Notes: a model not told the origin generated them from the sequence alone. Counted from the first letter of the stretch, positions 1 through 7,603 are shown. The stretch is 14,384 bases of DNA from Candidatus Methylomirabilales bacterium (GCA_046758505.1 JBHIAH010000065.1:1-14384), one strand, 5' to 3'. Translations and numbers: made by a program.

Positions 1-1
1 C

Positions 2-54
2 AATGACCCCAAGATTTGCAAGATTGCAAGATAATGACCCCAAGATAACAAGAT
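2..54. repeat. Short AT-rich degenerate repeat: AATGACCCCAAGAT x2 (2-15, 33-46) and CAAGAT x5 (10, 19, 27, 41, 49)
   Basis: Read directly from the sequence; composition differs from the GC-rich coding DNA downstream. Confidence 0.8.
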
Positions 55-331
55 GCACGCCTGGGTGCCGCTTTGCCCTGGGCTGTTCTTCCATCGAATC
101 GTCCGGGGCAGCCAGCGCCAAAAGCCTTTCCTTGCTGATCACGATTCCCCACTGTGCTTGACGCGAATAGCGACCTCCTCTCCGCTCCCACTCGGTAACC
201 GAATAGAAAGGGGATACGCAAGAATAGGGCGCAACGCCGGTTTCGGGTGAGCCTGCTCTGGGGTGGTGGTCTTGCCATCCAAAGTCTAGCAGTTGGGGTG
301 TCAGCCATGTCCGTGGAGCCTTTGAGTAGGC

Positions 332-360
332 TTGACAGCATCACGCCGTTGGACGAAGAT
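332..360 (+). promoter_or_regulatory. Putative sigma70 promoter of uvrC
   Basis: Perfect -35 TTGACA (332-337), 17-nt spacer, weak -10 GAAGAT (355-360, keeps A-11 and T-7); ATG at 367 follows after 6 nt. Confidence 0.5.
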
Positions 361-366
361 CAAGAC

Positions 367-2163
367 ATGGAACTTCGAGGGAAGATCAACGGCTTGCCGG
401 ACCGCCCCGGGGTCTATCTCTTCAAGGGGGGACGGGGGGAGGTCCTCTACATCGGGAAGGCCCTGTCGCTGCGGAAGCGGGTCCTGTCGTACATGCAGGG
501 GCGGGACGTGCCCGGGGACCGCTCGGAGCGGATGGCGAGCCTTCTCTCTCGGGTCTCGGACGTCGAGGTGATTGTCACCGACAATGAGCTCGAGGCCCTG
601 ATTCTCGAGTCGAATCTCGTCAAGGAGCGGCAGCCCCGGTACAATATTGTCCTCAAAGATGACAAGCACTATCCCTTCCTGAAATTGGATCTCCAGGATC
701 CCTGGCCGCGTCTGCAGGTGGTCCGGCAGGTGAAACGAGACAGGGCCCTCTACTTCGGTCCGTATGTCCCTGCCACGACCATGTGGCAGCTTTTGCACCT
801 CGTCAACCGAACCTTTCCCTTGCGGAAGTGTCCCGATATCAGGGGGCGCCGGCACTGCCTGGACTACCATCTGGGGCGGTGTCTCGGTCCCTGCGAGGGC
901 TCGGTAAGCACGGTGGAGTACAATCAGGTGGTGGAGCGGGTCCGCCTCGTGCTGGAGGGCCGCGACCGGGAGCTGGCCAGGCACCTCGAGGCGGGGATGT
1001 GCCAGGCGGCGGAAGCGCTGGAGTTCGAGCGGGCCGCCAAGCTCCGGGATCAACTGTCCACCCTGCGCGAGGCCCTGGCCGGGCAGACGGTTCTCTCGCC
1101 CGGCGGGGGGGAGCAGGACGTCTTCGGGGTCGAGGTGGACGGGGGCGAGGCCAATGTCCAGGTGCTCCTGATCCGCCGCGGGCGGCTGGTTGGTCGGGAG
1201 TCCTTCACCTGTGGCGAGGGGCTCGCCCGCGGGCCGGGAGACCTCCTGGATGCTTTCATCCGGCAGTTCTACCTCCGTCGCCGGACCATCCCGACTGAGG
1301 TTCTCACGTCGCATCCGGTGGAGGACGCGGACGTCATCGGCCGGTGGCTTTCGGATCGGGCCGGGCACCGGGTGGCAATCCGCCATCCGCAGCGGGGCCG
1401 GAAGGCTCGGCTGGCCGCCCTGGCCATCAAGAACGCCCGGATTGCGCTGATGGCGTGTCTGCGATCGGCCGGGAGCCGTGACGCCGCGCTGAGAGAACTG
1501 CAGGAAGTGCTGGGCCTCTCCCACCGTCCCAAGCGGATCGAGGCCTTTGACATCTCGAACATCCAGGGGATGCTGGCCGTGGGGTCGCAGGTCGTCTTCG
1601 AGGATGCCCTGCCCCACCGCGCCGACTACAAGCGGTATCGGATCAAGACGGTGGGGAGTGCCGATGACTACGCCATGCTGGAGGAGGTCCTGCGGCGGCG
1701 GTTCGCGAGGGCCGCGGAGTGGCCCCTGCCCGATCTGATGCTCATCGACGGCGGGCGGGGGCAACTCGCCGTGGGACTCAAGGTGGCCCGCGGATCGGGG
1801 CACCGGGATCTCCCCATCATTGCGTTGGCCAAGGAGGAAGAGCGCATTTACCATCCGTCTCGGCCCGTGCCGATTGCGCTCCCCGAAGGGTCCCGGGCGA
1901 GACACCTGCTCCAGCAGATTCGGGACGAGGCCCACCGTTTCGCCATCACGTACCACAAGACCCTTCGGGGGAAGCAGAGCCTCCGTTCGATCCTCGAAGA
2001 AATCCCCGGCGTGGGAGCAAAGCGGCGGCAGGCGCTCTTGCGGCACTTCGGTTCTCTCAAGGCCATACAACGGGCCAGCATCGAGGAGGTCCGAAAAGCG
2101 GGGGGGCTCCCCTCCCACGCCGCGGCCGCCGTCCACGACTTTCTCCAGGCCCTCACCGAGTGA
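367..2163 (+). CDS. uvrC: Excinuclease ABC subunit C (UvrC)
   Basis: GIY-YIG domain (PGVYLF...LYIGKA), Cys cluster (CPDIRGRRHCLDYHLGRCLGPC), UVR coil (LEFERAAKLRD), RNase H-like domain (IEAFDISN, LIDGGRGQL, IRDEAHRFAI), C-terminal HhH (IPGVGAKRRQALL). Start moved from 247 to ATG 367, where UvrC-like sequence begins. Confidence 0.97.
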   Translation: MELRGKINGLPDRPGVYLFKGGRGEVLYIGKALSLRKRVLSYMQGRDVPGDRSERMASLLSRVSDVEVIVTDNELEALILESNLVKERQPRYNIVLKDDKHYPFLKLDLQDPWPRLQVVRQVKRDRALYFGPYVPATTMWQLLHLVNRTFPLRKCPDIRGRRHCLDYHLGRCLGPCEGSVSTVEYNQVVERVRLVLEGRDRELARHLEAGMCQAAEALEFERAAKLRDQLSTLREALAGQTVLSPGGGEQDVFGVEVDGGEANVQVLLIRRGRLVGRESFTCGEGLARGPGDLLDAFIRQFYLRRRTIPTEVLTSHPVEDADVIGRWLSDRAGHRVAIRHPQRGRKARLAALAIKNARIALMACLRSAGSRDAALRELQEVLGLSHRPKRIEAFDISNIQGMLAVGSQVVFEDALPHRADYKRYRIKTVGSADDYAMLEEVLRRRFARAAEWPLPDLMLIDGGRGQLAVGLKVARGSGHRDLPIIALAKEEERIYHPSRPVPIALPEGSRARHLLQQIRDEAHRFAITYHKTLRGKQSLRSILEEIPGVGAKRRQALLRHFGSLKAIQRASIEEVRKAGGLPSHAAAAVHDFLQALTE

Positions 2164-2269
2164 CGCCGTCCTCCTGCTAGGGCTTGCTGCCGCGGCGCCG
2201 GGGCGGCAATCGCATGGAGCGTTGCCGAGGCCTGACCCGTCCACCTCCCGGTGCATGTCGGTCCCCGCG

Positions 2270-2298
2270 TTGCCCGGTCGCGAAACGTATGGTAGAGT
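2270..2298 (+). promoter_or_regulatory. Putative sigma70 promoter with extended -10 for the diadenylate cyclase gene
   Basis: TTGCCC (2270-2275), 17 nt, TGg-TAGAGT (-10 at 2293-2298); ATG at 2305. Confidence 0.6.
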
Positions 2299-2304
2299 AG
2301 GACC

Positions 2305-3195
2305 ATGAAACGCGGAGAACTCACCAGGGCAGTGATCGAGGCGGCGCGCAGCGTCGCCAAAGAGGCGGGGGTCCGGGCCGTGTTCCTCAACGCCGATCTG
2401 ATCTCCGACCTCACTCAGCTCACCGGGCTGTTCGGGGAGACCGAGGTGGTCCTGTTCACCCGGAAGCGGATCGAGGCGGTGGAGCTTGAGGGGATCGCCG
2501 AGAGGAGCCTCCACCTGCCGCCGGTGCATCTAAACCGGGTGGCGCAGATCAAGCTAGCGGCGCTCTTGGCCCTGTCGAAGGGGTATCTCCAGCCCGGGGA
2601 CCTGATTCTCTTCCTCTCCGGGATCCCGCAGCTCGGGGCCCTGGATACCATGGTGGTCACGGAGGTGGGGGAGGAGTTCGAGATCTTCTCTCTCACCGAA
2701 GGGGCGTCCTTTGCGAAGGTGGTGAATCCCGAAGTCTTCGCCCGCGTGGTGGACCTGACGGTCGAGTTGGCCCACGAGGGCCGGGAGGGGAAGCCGCTCG
2801 GGGCCATCTGGGTCCTCGGGGACACGGATGCGGTCATGAAGTACGCCGATCAGCTCGTGCTGAATCCGTTCCAGGGGTATCCCGAGGAGGGACGCAACAT
2901 CCTGGACCCGCGGATGAAAGAGTCGGTCAAAGAGTTTTGCGCCATCGACGGCGCCTTCATCATCCGATCGGACGGTGTGATCCTGAGCGCCGGGACATTC
3001 CTCCGCCCGCCGGTCCCGGGGGAAGAGCTGCCTCAGGGTCTTGGGACGCGGCACGCGGTGGCGGCCTCGATGAGCGCGAGCACCGATGCGATTCTGGTGA
3101 CCCTCTCGGAATCGACCGGCACCGTCCGGATCTTTAAGGGGGGGCGGATGGTGACCGAGATCGAGCGGGCCCCCCGGAAGCGGGGGGGGAAGTAG
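2305..3195 (+). CDS. dacZ: Diadenylate cyclase, DacZ/CdaZ type (DisA_N domain with an N-terminal soluble domain)
   Basis: DAC motifs EGREGKPLGA, IDGAFII (DGA at 2947-2955), GLGTRHAVA (RHx at 3049-3057), LSESTGTVRIF; no TM helices (unlike CdaA) and no C-terminal HhH (unlike DisA). Confidence 0.85.
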   Translation: MKRGELTRAVIEAARSVAKEAGVRAVFLNADLISDLTQLTGLFGETEVVLFTRKRIEAVELEGIAERSLHLPPVHLNRVAQIKLAALLALSKGYLQPGDLILFLSGIPQLGALDTMVVTEVGEEFEIFSLTEGASFAKVVNPEVFARVVDLTVELAHEGREGKPLGAIWVLGDTDAVMKYADQLVLNPFQGYPEEGRNILDPRMKESVKEFCAIDGAFIIRSDGVILSAGTFLRPPVPGEELPQGLGTRHAVAASMSASTDAILVTLSESTGTVRIFKGGRMVTEIERAPRKRGGK

Positions 3196-3226
3196 GGCTG
3201 CACGCCCCCTCCAAGAGGAAATCTCC

Positions 3227-3274
3227 GGGGCCGTGGTTCTTTCTGCCCGAGGCGACCACGGCCTCTTTATTTTT
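3227..3274 (+). terminator. Probable intrinsic terminator after the diadenylate cyclase gene
   Basis: Stem GGCCGTGGT (3229-3237) / ACCACGGCC (3255-3263) followed by TTTATTTTT (3266-3274); the loop is long (17 nt). Confidence 0.6.
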
Positions 3275-3324
3275 CGGTGGGAGCGGGAGGGGCGTTCGGA
3301 GAACATGGGAAGGGGGAGGAGTCG

Positions 3325-3711
3325 ATGGAGCGCGCGGTCGTCGCGACGGACAAGGCCCCCAAAGCCGTAGGGCCTTACGTGCAGGGGGTGAAAGCCCGGG
3401 GATGGCTTTTTACCGCGGGGCAGATCGGATTGGATCCGGCCACGGGCAAACTTGTGGACGGAGGCATTGAGGCCCAGACACGGCGGGTGCTCGAGAATCT
3501 CAAGGCGGTGGTCGAGGCCGCAGGGGGCTCCTTCACCCGGGTGGTCAAGACGACGGTCTACCTCACCGACCTCGGCCACTTTCAGGCGATGAATCAGGTC
3601 TACGCCACGTACTTTGGGGGGGACAGCCCGGCACGATCCACGGTCGGGGTGGCCCGGCTCCCGTTGGGGGCCCTCGTCGAGATCGACCTGGTGGCCCTGG
3701 TGGAGGAATGA
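3325..3711 (+). CDS. ridA: RidA/YjgF/UK114 family enamine/imine deaminase
   Basis: APKAVGPYVQG, AGQIGLDP, VVKTTVYLTD, MNQVYATYF, PARSTVGV (catalytic Arg), LVEID; SD GGAGGA at 3315-3320 supports ATG 3325. Confidence 0.93.
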   Translation: MERAVVATDKAPKAVGPYVQGVKARGWLFTAGQIGLDPATGKLVDGGIEAQTRRVLENLKAVVEAAGGSFTRVVKTTVYLTDLGHFQAMNQVYATYFGGDSPARSTVGVARLPLGALVEIDLVALVEE

Positions 3712-4232
3712 TGCGGCGGCCGGGAGGCGCGGAATACCAGCTCCTCACCACGGCGCGTGGCTGGGTCGCCGTGGCGTTTAGCCGCCGGGGGATCCTGGCC
3801 CTCACCCTCCCCGGAGAGAATCGGGAACGGACCGGGGAGGCCTTGAAAATGGCTGCGCTGCTCCCCCTGGCCCGGGGAGAGGGGTACGAAACGCTCGCGC
3901 GCGACCTGAATCGCTATTTTCGGGGGGAAGCGGTCGCGTTCGAATACCCCCTGGATCTTGAGACTGCCACGCCTTTTCAACGGCGGGTGTGGACGGTCCT
4001 CCGGGGAATCCCGTACGGGGCCACCCAGAGCTATCGAGAGGTGGCAACGGCGGTGGGGATGCCGCGCGCCGCGCGGGCGGTGGGGCAGGCCGTGGGCGCG
4101 AATCCCATCCCCCTGCTCATTCCCTGTCATCGGGTTGTTGCGTCCGATGGCTCCTTGGGTGGCTATGCCTGGGGCCTCACGTGGAAGCGGCGCCTCCTAG
4201 AGCTCGAGGGGATCCGACGCTCGGACCGGTGA
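3708..4232 (+). CDS. ogt: Methylated-DNA-[protein]-cysteine S-methyltransferase
   Basis: TPFQRRVW, IPYGATQSY, ARAVGQA, active-site IPCHRVV, GSLGGYAWG; ATGA overlap with the ridA stop. Confidence 0.95.
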   Translation: MMRRPGGAEYQLLTTARGWVAVAFSRRGILALTLPGENRERTGEALKMAALLPLARGEGYETLARDLNRYFRGEAVAFEYPLDLETATPFQRRVWTVLRGIPYGATQSYREVATAVGMPRAARAVGQAVGANPIPLLIPCHRVVASDGSLGGYAWGLTWKRRLLELEGIRRSDR

Positions 4233-4279
4233 TCGTTCAGTGCGCCGTCAGGGGTCCGGACTGCGGGGGGGGAACGGGC

Positions 4280-5287
4280 TTACACACCGGACGGAACGCG
4301 GAAGATCGCGGAGGTGCTGGCCAGGACCAGATGCTGCTCGGGGGTGAAGGCGAGGCCGACGAGGTTGGCCCCGGTCACCGTGAGCCGGGGCGACTCGGGA
4401 CCGTCGAACCGGTACACGCCCCGCTGCCCCCGGATCCCGGCGGCCACCCAGAGGCGACCCTGCCGGTCGAAGGCGAGTCCCTGCGGTCTCTCCACGGGTC
4501 CCCAGAACGGCTCCGCATCGCCGAAGCGGTTGATCCGGTAGATGACATCCTCGTTGGAGAGGGTCGGAGCCGTAGCAAACAGGTGTCCGTCGGGACCGGG
4601 CGCCAGGTGGAAAGCAGCCACGCTGGGCGGCAGCGAGGCAAAAGGCTCAGCCCGGCCTCCCGGGGACAGGCGATACACGGTTCCGGTTCGATCGCCGATA
4701 TAGAGGACGCCGGCGTCATCGAGACAGAGACCGGTGGCAATGCCCACGTCCTGCGCCATGACCTCCATGTCCCCCGTGGGACGGAGGCGGTACACGCGTC
4801 CCTCGTATCGGCTCGAGACGAAGAGGGATCCATCCGGGTGCAGCGCTAGCCCCGTCGGATTGATCGGTGCCGCAGGCAGGGGCTCCACGGCCCCGGCGGG
4901 AGTGATGCGCACGAGCGGGGCGGAAACTTTCTGCCCTCGGCGGCCGCTGATGGTGGTGTAGATCGCCTCCTCCTTATCCACCACCGGGTTGGCCACCGGG
5001 TGGAGATCGTCGGCCACCTTCTCCCCGATGGTGAAGGGACTCCTGAGATGCTGGGCATCGATCACAAGGGTGATGGGACCCGTCCTGGCTTCGGGAGGAA
5101 TGGGGAGGACCAGGCGGGTGTTCGAGGCGATCAACGGGCGGACTTCGGTGTCGCCGAGAAAGAGCAGGAGGGGTGCCTCGCCACTCAGAAAACCGGCCCC
5201 GCTGATGGCGATGATTCCTCCCTCGACACCCGCAGAGGGCTCGACCATGGAGATGACCGGTTGCACGGGGGAGGACTCGGACCGCAT
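4280..5287 (-). CDS. IPT/TIG-domain + SMP-30/gluconolactonase/NHL-like beta-propeller protein
   Basis: N-terminal PVISMVEPSAGVEGGIIAISGAGF (IPT/TIG pattern); repeated propeller motifs PTGLALHPDG, ATGLCLDDAG, PQGLAFDRQG, LVGLAFTPE; AGGGAG upstream of ATG 5287 (alternative start 5305). Confidence 0.8.
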   Translation of the reverse strand: MRSESSPVQPVISMVEPSAGVEGGIIAISGAGFLSGEAPLLLFLGDTEVRPLIASNTRLVLPIPPEARTGPITLVIDAQHLRSPFTIGEKVADDLHPVANPVVDKEEAIYTTISGRRGQKVSAPLVRITPAGAVEPLPAAPINPTGLALHPDGSLFVSSRYEGRVYRLRPTGDMEVMAQDVGIATGLCLDDAGVLYIGDRTGTVYRLSPGGRAEPFASLPPSVAAFHLAPGPDGHLFATAPTLSNEDVIYRINRFGDAEPFWGPVERPQGLAFDRQGRLWVAAGIRGQRGVYRFDGPESPRLTVTGANLVGLAFTPEQHLVLASTSAIFRVPSGV

Positions 5288-5325
5288 GACTCCCTGACGA
5301 TACATGGATATGGCTATTCGGGGTT

Positions 5326-5354
5326 ACGCTACCTCTCGGGCTCCCCGTCGTCAA
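5326..5354 (-). promoter_or_regulatory. Putative sigma70 promoter for the IPT/TIG propeller gene
   Basis: Minus strand TTGACG (5354-5349), 17 nt, TAGCGT (5331-5326). Confidence 0.55.
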
Positions 5355-5453
5355 GTCCTTTGCCGTCTTGCAGAGTTCGACGTCCAACATGCGACGTCCG
5401 ATGTCCTGAATGCGCCGATGAACGGGCGGTGCGCTGCAGGCCAGGGAGGCGTG

Positions 5454-5588
5454 ATGATTTATACGGTGGCGGTCGATTTCTTCGGGATTGATGCCGCCTC
5501 GGGGGAGCAGGCCAGGGCGGTCATGGCAGAGATGCTCCAGGCGGCAGGATTTACGGACTGTGCGGTCACAGCAATTCGAGAGGTCTAG
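5454..5588 (+). CDS. Small hypothetical protein, 44 aa (MIYTVAVDFFGIDAASGEQARAVMAEMLQAAGFTDCAVTAIREV)
   Basis: SD GGGAGG (5444-5449) before GTG/ATG (5451/5454); fills an intergenic gap; amphipathic beta-alpha-beta pattern. Confidence 0.55.
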   Translation: MIYTVAVDFFGIDAASGEQARAVMAEMLQAAGFTDCAVTAIREV

Positions 5589-5950
5589 CCGGACGTGGCA
5601 GCGCTCACCGCTTCCTGGGGGGCTTCCTCGGGAGGATGAAGCTGGTCTCCGACCCGGATGTCGAACGCCGCCTCGAACTGATCGATGGGGATCATATCGA
5701 TGGCGTTCCAGGCCATCCCCTCACAGACGCGGGCGCAGATCTGGCACCCGATGCATTCGTGCCACCGGATCCGGACGGGGGGAACGACCGCACCGGAGTA
5801 ATGCGCGGGCGGCTCGTGATCGATGCAATCGACGGGGCAGAAGGGGATGCAGGCCTCACATCCGGTGCAGGAGTCGTTGACGACGGCCATGACGCGCGGC
5901 CGCTTTTTCTTTCTGGTCTTCTTGTTCTGATGGGGGATATCGTCGTACAC
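5585..5950 (-). CDS. 2x[4Fe-4S] dicluster ferredoxin-like protein
   Basis: CTGCEACIPFCP and CIGCQICARVCE motifs. Start uncertain: GTG 5950 preferred because ATG 6010 lies inside, and ATG 6046 upstream of, the predicted promoter. Confidence 0.85.
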   Translation of the reverse strand: MYDDIPHQNKKTRKKKRPRVMAVVNDSCTGCEACIPFCPVDCIDHEPPAHYSGAVVPPVRIRWHECIGCQICARVCEGMAWNAIDMIPIDQFEAAFDIRVGDQLHPPEEAPQEAVSAATSG

Positions 5951-6000
5951 GGCGTCCCCGTCCTTGGCTTTCCCACAGAGTTGTTTTCCTGCTCCCAAAG

Positions 6001-6030
6001 ACTGTATCATAGTCCTCCCCCCCCTGTCAA
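6001..6030 (-). promoter_or_regulatory. Putative sigma70 promoter for the ferredoxin gene
   Basis: Minus strand TTGACA (6030-6025), 18 nt, TGa-TACAGT (-10 at 6006-6001). Confidence 0.6.
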
Positions 6031-6047
6031 ATGGGGCCGTCCGCATC

Positions 6048-6076
6048 TTGCTCTTGGGGCGGTTTGGTGCTACGTT
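6048..6076 (+). promoter_or_regulatory. Putative divergent sigma70 promoter for the DUF971 operon
   Basis: TTGCTC (6048-6053), 17 nt, TGc-TACGTT (-10 at 6071-6076). Confidence 0.45.
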
Positions 6077-6124
6077 CAGATCCCGTATTCAGCATGGTGA
6101 AACGGTGTGCGGAGGAGGATGAGG

Positions 6125-6472
6125 GTGGGGTTCGACTCGAATCCCGCGGACTATCGCCTCGAGGAGCCGCGGCGTCTCCTGGTGGTCCGCTGGCGCGATG
6201 GCCACGAGAGCCACTATCCGTATGACGACTTGCGCAAGGTCTGTCCCTGCGCCGACTGTCGGACGGGCGAGAGACCCCAGCAAGGGGGGCTGCAGGTGCT
6301 CACCGGTCCCGTGGTGCGCCACGGGGAGGTCCGGATCGTTCAGGTCTCGCCCGTCGGCCGGTATGCCCTGAGCTTTACCTGGAGCGATGGACACAGCACC
6401 GGCATTTACTCGTTCGATTTTCTCCGGCGACTCTGCCCGTGTGCAGCCTGCGGCTCGGGGGCGAAACAATGA
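6125..6472 (+). CDS. DUF971 / gamma-butyrobetaine hydroxylase N-terminal-like metal-binding protein
   Basis: WRDGHESHY, LRKVCPCADC, VGRYALSFTWSDGHSTGIYSFDFLR; SD GGAGGAGG (6111-6118) supports GTG 6125 (alternative ATG 6119). Confidence 0.88.
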   Translation: MGFDSNPADYRLEEPRRLLVVRWRDGHESHYPYDDLRKVCPCADCRTGERPQQGGLQVLTGPVVRHGEVRIVQVSPVGRYALSFTWSDGHSTGIYSFDFLRRLCPCAACGSGAKQ

Positions 6473-6978
6473 ACCTGGCGCACTGGCTGCAGGGCCTTCC
6501 CCCGGAACTTGCCACATTTCTTATCGCCAGCCTCCCCATCTCGGAGCTGAGAGGGGCGATCCCGATCGCCCTCGGCGTCTATAAACTTCCGCTCTGGTCT
6601 GCTCTGCTCTGGGCGGTGCTGGGCAATCTGGCACCCATCCCCATCATCCTCAAGGGCCTGGAGCCGGTGTCGAACTTTCTTCGCCAGCGCTCACGCATCT
6701 GGGAGGGATTCTTCCACTGGCTGTTCGCCCGGACCCGCCGCAAGGGGGAGCGGTATTTCCAGGTGTATAAGGAGGTAGGACTGATTCTGTTCGTCGCTGT
6801 GCCACTTCCCGTCACGGGAGCCTGGACGGGTTCCGTGGCGGCGTTCCTCTTCGGGATCTCCCTGGGGCGGAGCTTCCTCCTGATCACTCTGGGTGTTTTG
6901 ATCGCGGCAAGCGTGGTGACGTCTGCCACGCTGGGGGTAAGCTGGCTGGCCGTTCTGTTCGGGTATCACACGAGGTGA
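6469..6978 (+). CDS. COG2426 / putative small multi-drug export family membrane protein
   Basis: LPISELRGAIPIA and GLILFVAVPLPVTGAWTGSVAAFLFG signatures; several hydrophobic helices; ATGA overlap with the DUF971 stop. Confidence 0.88.
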   Translation: MNLAHWLQGLPPELATFLIASLPISELRGAIPIALGVYKLPLWSALLWAVLGNLAPIPIILKGLEPVSNFLRQRSRIWEGFFHWLFARTRRKGERYFQVYKEVGLILFVAVPLPVTGAWTGSVAAFLFGISLGRSFLLITLGVLIAASVVTSATLGVSWLAVLFGYHTR

Positions 6979-7089
6979 GCGAGGCGTCTCAGGGGTGAAC
7001 CCGCACAGGACATCGGGAGCCGGATTCGGGATACAAGGAGTCTGAGACGGATCCGGGCGTCGTCGCGGGACTCCGGAACAGGAGGGAAG

Positions 7090-7521
7090 ATGCACGAGAG
7101 GCCTGTGGGACGGACGAAGCACGGAGAGCTCACTCTCGATGAGCTGGCCAGCATCCAGCCTGGCATGGCCCGCCTGATGGGAGAGGTGGCCCATCGGTAC
7201 TCCCTGATGACCTACGCCTGTAAGGGGGGAAACTGGGAACTCGGATACCATGAACTCAAGCAACTGCGAGGAATATTCCGCATTGCCATGACCACGCGTC
7301 CGAAGTATACGGCGGAGCTCGAGGCCTTCGACCGAGCATACCTCGGGCCGATTGAGCGGGCCATTGGGGAGAGGGACGTGGAGGCCTTCCTGGTCGCGGT
7401 GGAGAAAGGCATTGCGGCTAGTGACGAGGCGCACCGTCGGCTCGGGTATCCGTTCGTGCGGTATCGCCTTCCCACGCAGCCGCCGGATTATCTCGACCTG
7501 GGTCCGGGAGGGGAGTCATGA
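7090..7521 (+). CDS. Hypothetical soluble all-alpha protein, 143 aa
   Basis: SD GGAGG just upstream, codon usage like neighbouring genes, amphipathic helices. Confidence 0.8.
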   Translation: MHERPVGRTKHGELTLDELASIQPGMARLMGEVAHRYSLMTYACKGGNWELGYHELKQLRGIFRIAMTTRPKYTAELEAFDRAYLGPIERAIGERDVEAFLVAVEKGIAASDEAHRRLGYPFVRYRLPTQPPDYLDLGPGGES

Positions 7522-7603
7522 GATGGAAAAAACTCGTCTTCAGCAGCCGGCTGCTGGTCGCTGACCGCTGCCCGTGGAAGGAAACGACGTGGGGAGAGTG
7601 CTG

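Noticed and set aside
2..54. CRISPR array
   Set aside because: Repeat unit 14 bp or less, spacer only 17 nt, two copies, no cas genes
165..227. GAATAG x3 and the palindrome TCGGT-A-ACCGA (192-202) as an SOS/LexA site for uvrC
   Set aside because: Does not match a LexA box I recognise and lies more than 100 nt upstream of the predicted promoter
53..250. 65-aa ORF upstream of uvrC
   Set aside because: No SD, atypical codon usage, no motif
301..2529. 742-aa minus-strand ORF
   Set aside because: Antisense shadow of uvrC and the start of the cyclase gene, expected in high-GC DNA; no recognisable motifs
2554..4849. Long alternative ORFs 2554-3579 (-), 3600-4130 (-) and 3989-4849 (+)
   Set aside because: Overlap well-supported genes on the opposite strand or in another frame; low-complexity Pro/Arg/Gly translations
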